9,322 nucleotides of DNA from Azolla caroliniana (Eukaryota > Plantae > Polypodiophyta). Each line of letters begins with the position of its first letter. Position 1 is the first letter of the stretch. The stretch is taken from the NCBI GenBank assembly GCA_043228905.1, contig JBHGNT010001371.1:1-9322 (forward strand). Reading direction: 5' to 3'. Below, piece after piece: positions 8,136 through 9,322 of this stretch. The notes under the pieces were generated by a model. It was not told where the DNA came from. It saw nothing but the letters and a program-made list of their open reading frames with translations, and made no database searches. Position numbers and translations under genes: made by a program.

Positions 8136-9322
8136 TTAAACTTTAACCAATCCTCTAGGGATGTTAAGGAACAAGTTTTGAAATCAATAAGAGGTGGTAC
8201 TTTAATGTTCCAAGAGATAAGTTATGCTTGTAATAGGATTTTACCCTCTTCTTTTAATTCAAACCATGTATGGTACGGGGCATCCTCTTCTTTTAATGTT
8301 TTGATTGGAGTAAGAGCTTATACATCTAATGAATCCTTTTGGGCATTTATAATAGTTTCATATGGAAAATTGCAATGGGTCTCTATGGAAGATGACCTTC
8401 TCAATTTAGAGGAGTGGAAACCTATTAGGGTGGTTACAAAACTAGGGAAGGTATGTATTATTGATCCCCATCCTGAAAAAGTAAACCCAGTATGGGATAT
8501 TTGGGTTTGTGATAATAAACCCTTATTGGAGTTAGAGTGGAATCTAGTGGAATGGTGGTGGAGAGATGCTAATGGTAAGATGGTTTCTTTCTTTCACTAC
8601 TCGGTAAAATTAGGTAGGGAATTCCAACGAAGGAGGACTCTAGTTATGCCAGCTGCAGCTAAGGTATGGTTAAATAATAGTTTGCCTATGCATTTTGTAT
8701 TGGCATTTTGGAAATGGTTGTGGGCTTTACAGATTCCTCGCAAAATCATTACATTTAGATGGTTGTGTGTACACTATGCACTTCGAGTCTTGGAATGGAT
8801 GCATAGGGAAGAGGGAACCAAAACTTGCTCTTTTTGTGGGCTTCACTTGGAATCAATGCAACATGCCTTATGGAACTGTATGGATGCATGCTCTGTTTGG
8901 AAATGTATGTTGCGTCTCATTGATGTTGCATATGGACCTAATATGATTACATGGGTAAATGTCTTTTGGATGGACGTAAATGTGGATAAACATAATTATG
9001 AAAGGGAAAATATATTGTTTACCCTTCAAACTAGGGGAAGGCAAGTTAAGGACATACCATATTCAAGCCCAAATCGGTTGAATATGGATGCCACAGTATG
9101 GGCTACGATATCGTTGGTGGTTCTATGGAATATTTGGATAGGTCGATGCCAAAATGTGTTTCAGCAAATAAAGCAAAATCATGTTCATTATGTGAAGGAA
9201 ATCTGGTTGATGTTTATCTCAACTCTAAAAGGTCAATATGACTCCTTCGCGGGTAATGAAGATATGATTTTTCTGAAACAACAATCCTTTAAAGGCAAAT
9301 GGAAGGATTTGCTAGTTTTTGT
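8136..9322 (+). pseudogene. C-terminal part of LINE ORF2 with zf-RVT zinc knuckle; open frame running off the window (absent from the ORF track)
   Basis: Stop-free for ~395 codons in the same frame as ORF 7872..8135. Contains WKWLWALQIPRKIITFRW, CSFCGLHLESMQHALWNC (8826-8879) and LWNIWIGRCQNVF. Confidence 0.88.

Larger units (their letters stand above)
6006..9322 (+). mobile_element. Non-LTR retrotransposon (LINE, L1/Tx1-type), 5'-truncated and degenerate; 3' end outside the window
   Basis: ORF2 motifs occur in order: CPGIDGFPPDFF, IPK...WRPITILNTIYKIYAK, QTGF..RSI.DNI, LLLDFEKAYDRVDW, VRQGCPLAP.L, F-V-DD (7210-7221), SGAIINWNKS, YLG, LSLAGR, KVAW, EGGLG (7711-7725), then C-x2-C-x8-H-x4-C and W.IW..R. 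No ORF1 or APE endonuclease motifs are seen upstream. The 5' boundary is approximate (frame open from 6006). Confidence 0.95.

Noticed and set aside
8245-8297. 14-bp direct repeat cctcttcttttaat (8245-8258, 8284-8297)
   Set aside because: In-frame and internal to ORF2 with only 25 bp between copies, so it is not a credible target-site duplication or array.
6341-8946. Alternative-frame or antisense ORFs 6341..6523, 6929..7114, 7817..8008 and 8695..8946
   Set aside because: Shadow ORFs of the LINE coding frame.

Overview
AT-rich eukaryotic (land-plant) genomic DNA with two main components. (1) On the minus strand, the first seven coding exons (5430 down to 1541; 555 nt, 185 aa spliced, all GT-AG introns with consistent phases) of a SAWADEE HOMEODOMAIN HOMOLOG gene, closest in motif pattern to SHH2. 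It has an N-terminal homeodomain-like region followed by a SAWADEE histone-reader domain. The last exons lie beyond position 1. (2) On the plus strand from ~6006 to the window end, a 5'-truncated, degenerate L1/Tx1-type LINE ORF2 with RT, thumb and CCHC zf-RVT regions, 2 frameshifts and 4 in-frame TGA stops. It sits divergently ~575 bp upstream of the SHH start codon. The introns and promoter carry microsatellites, a small inverted-repeat (MITE-like) element, two decayed duplications and a G-rich tract. The most notable points are a chromatin-silencing reader gene with a LINE in its promoter, a Cys at homeodomain position 50 (WFCNKR), and an in-frame stop-free 81-nt intron in the linker. I see no clear evidence of a wholly new biological system; the novelty claims are hypotheses.
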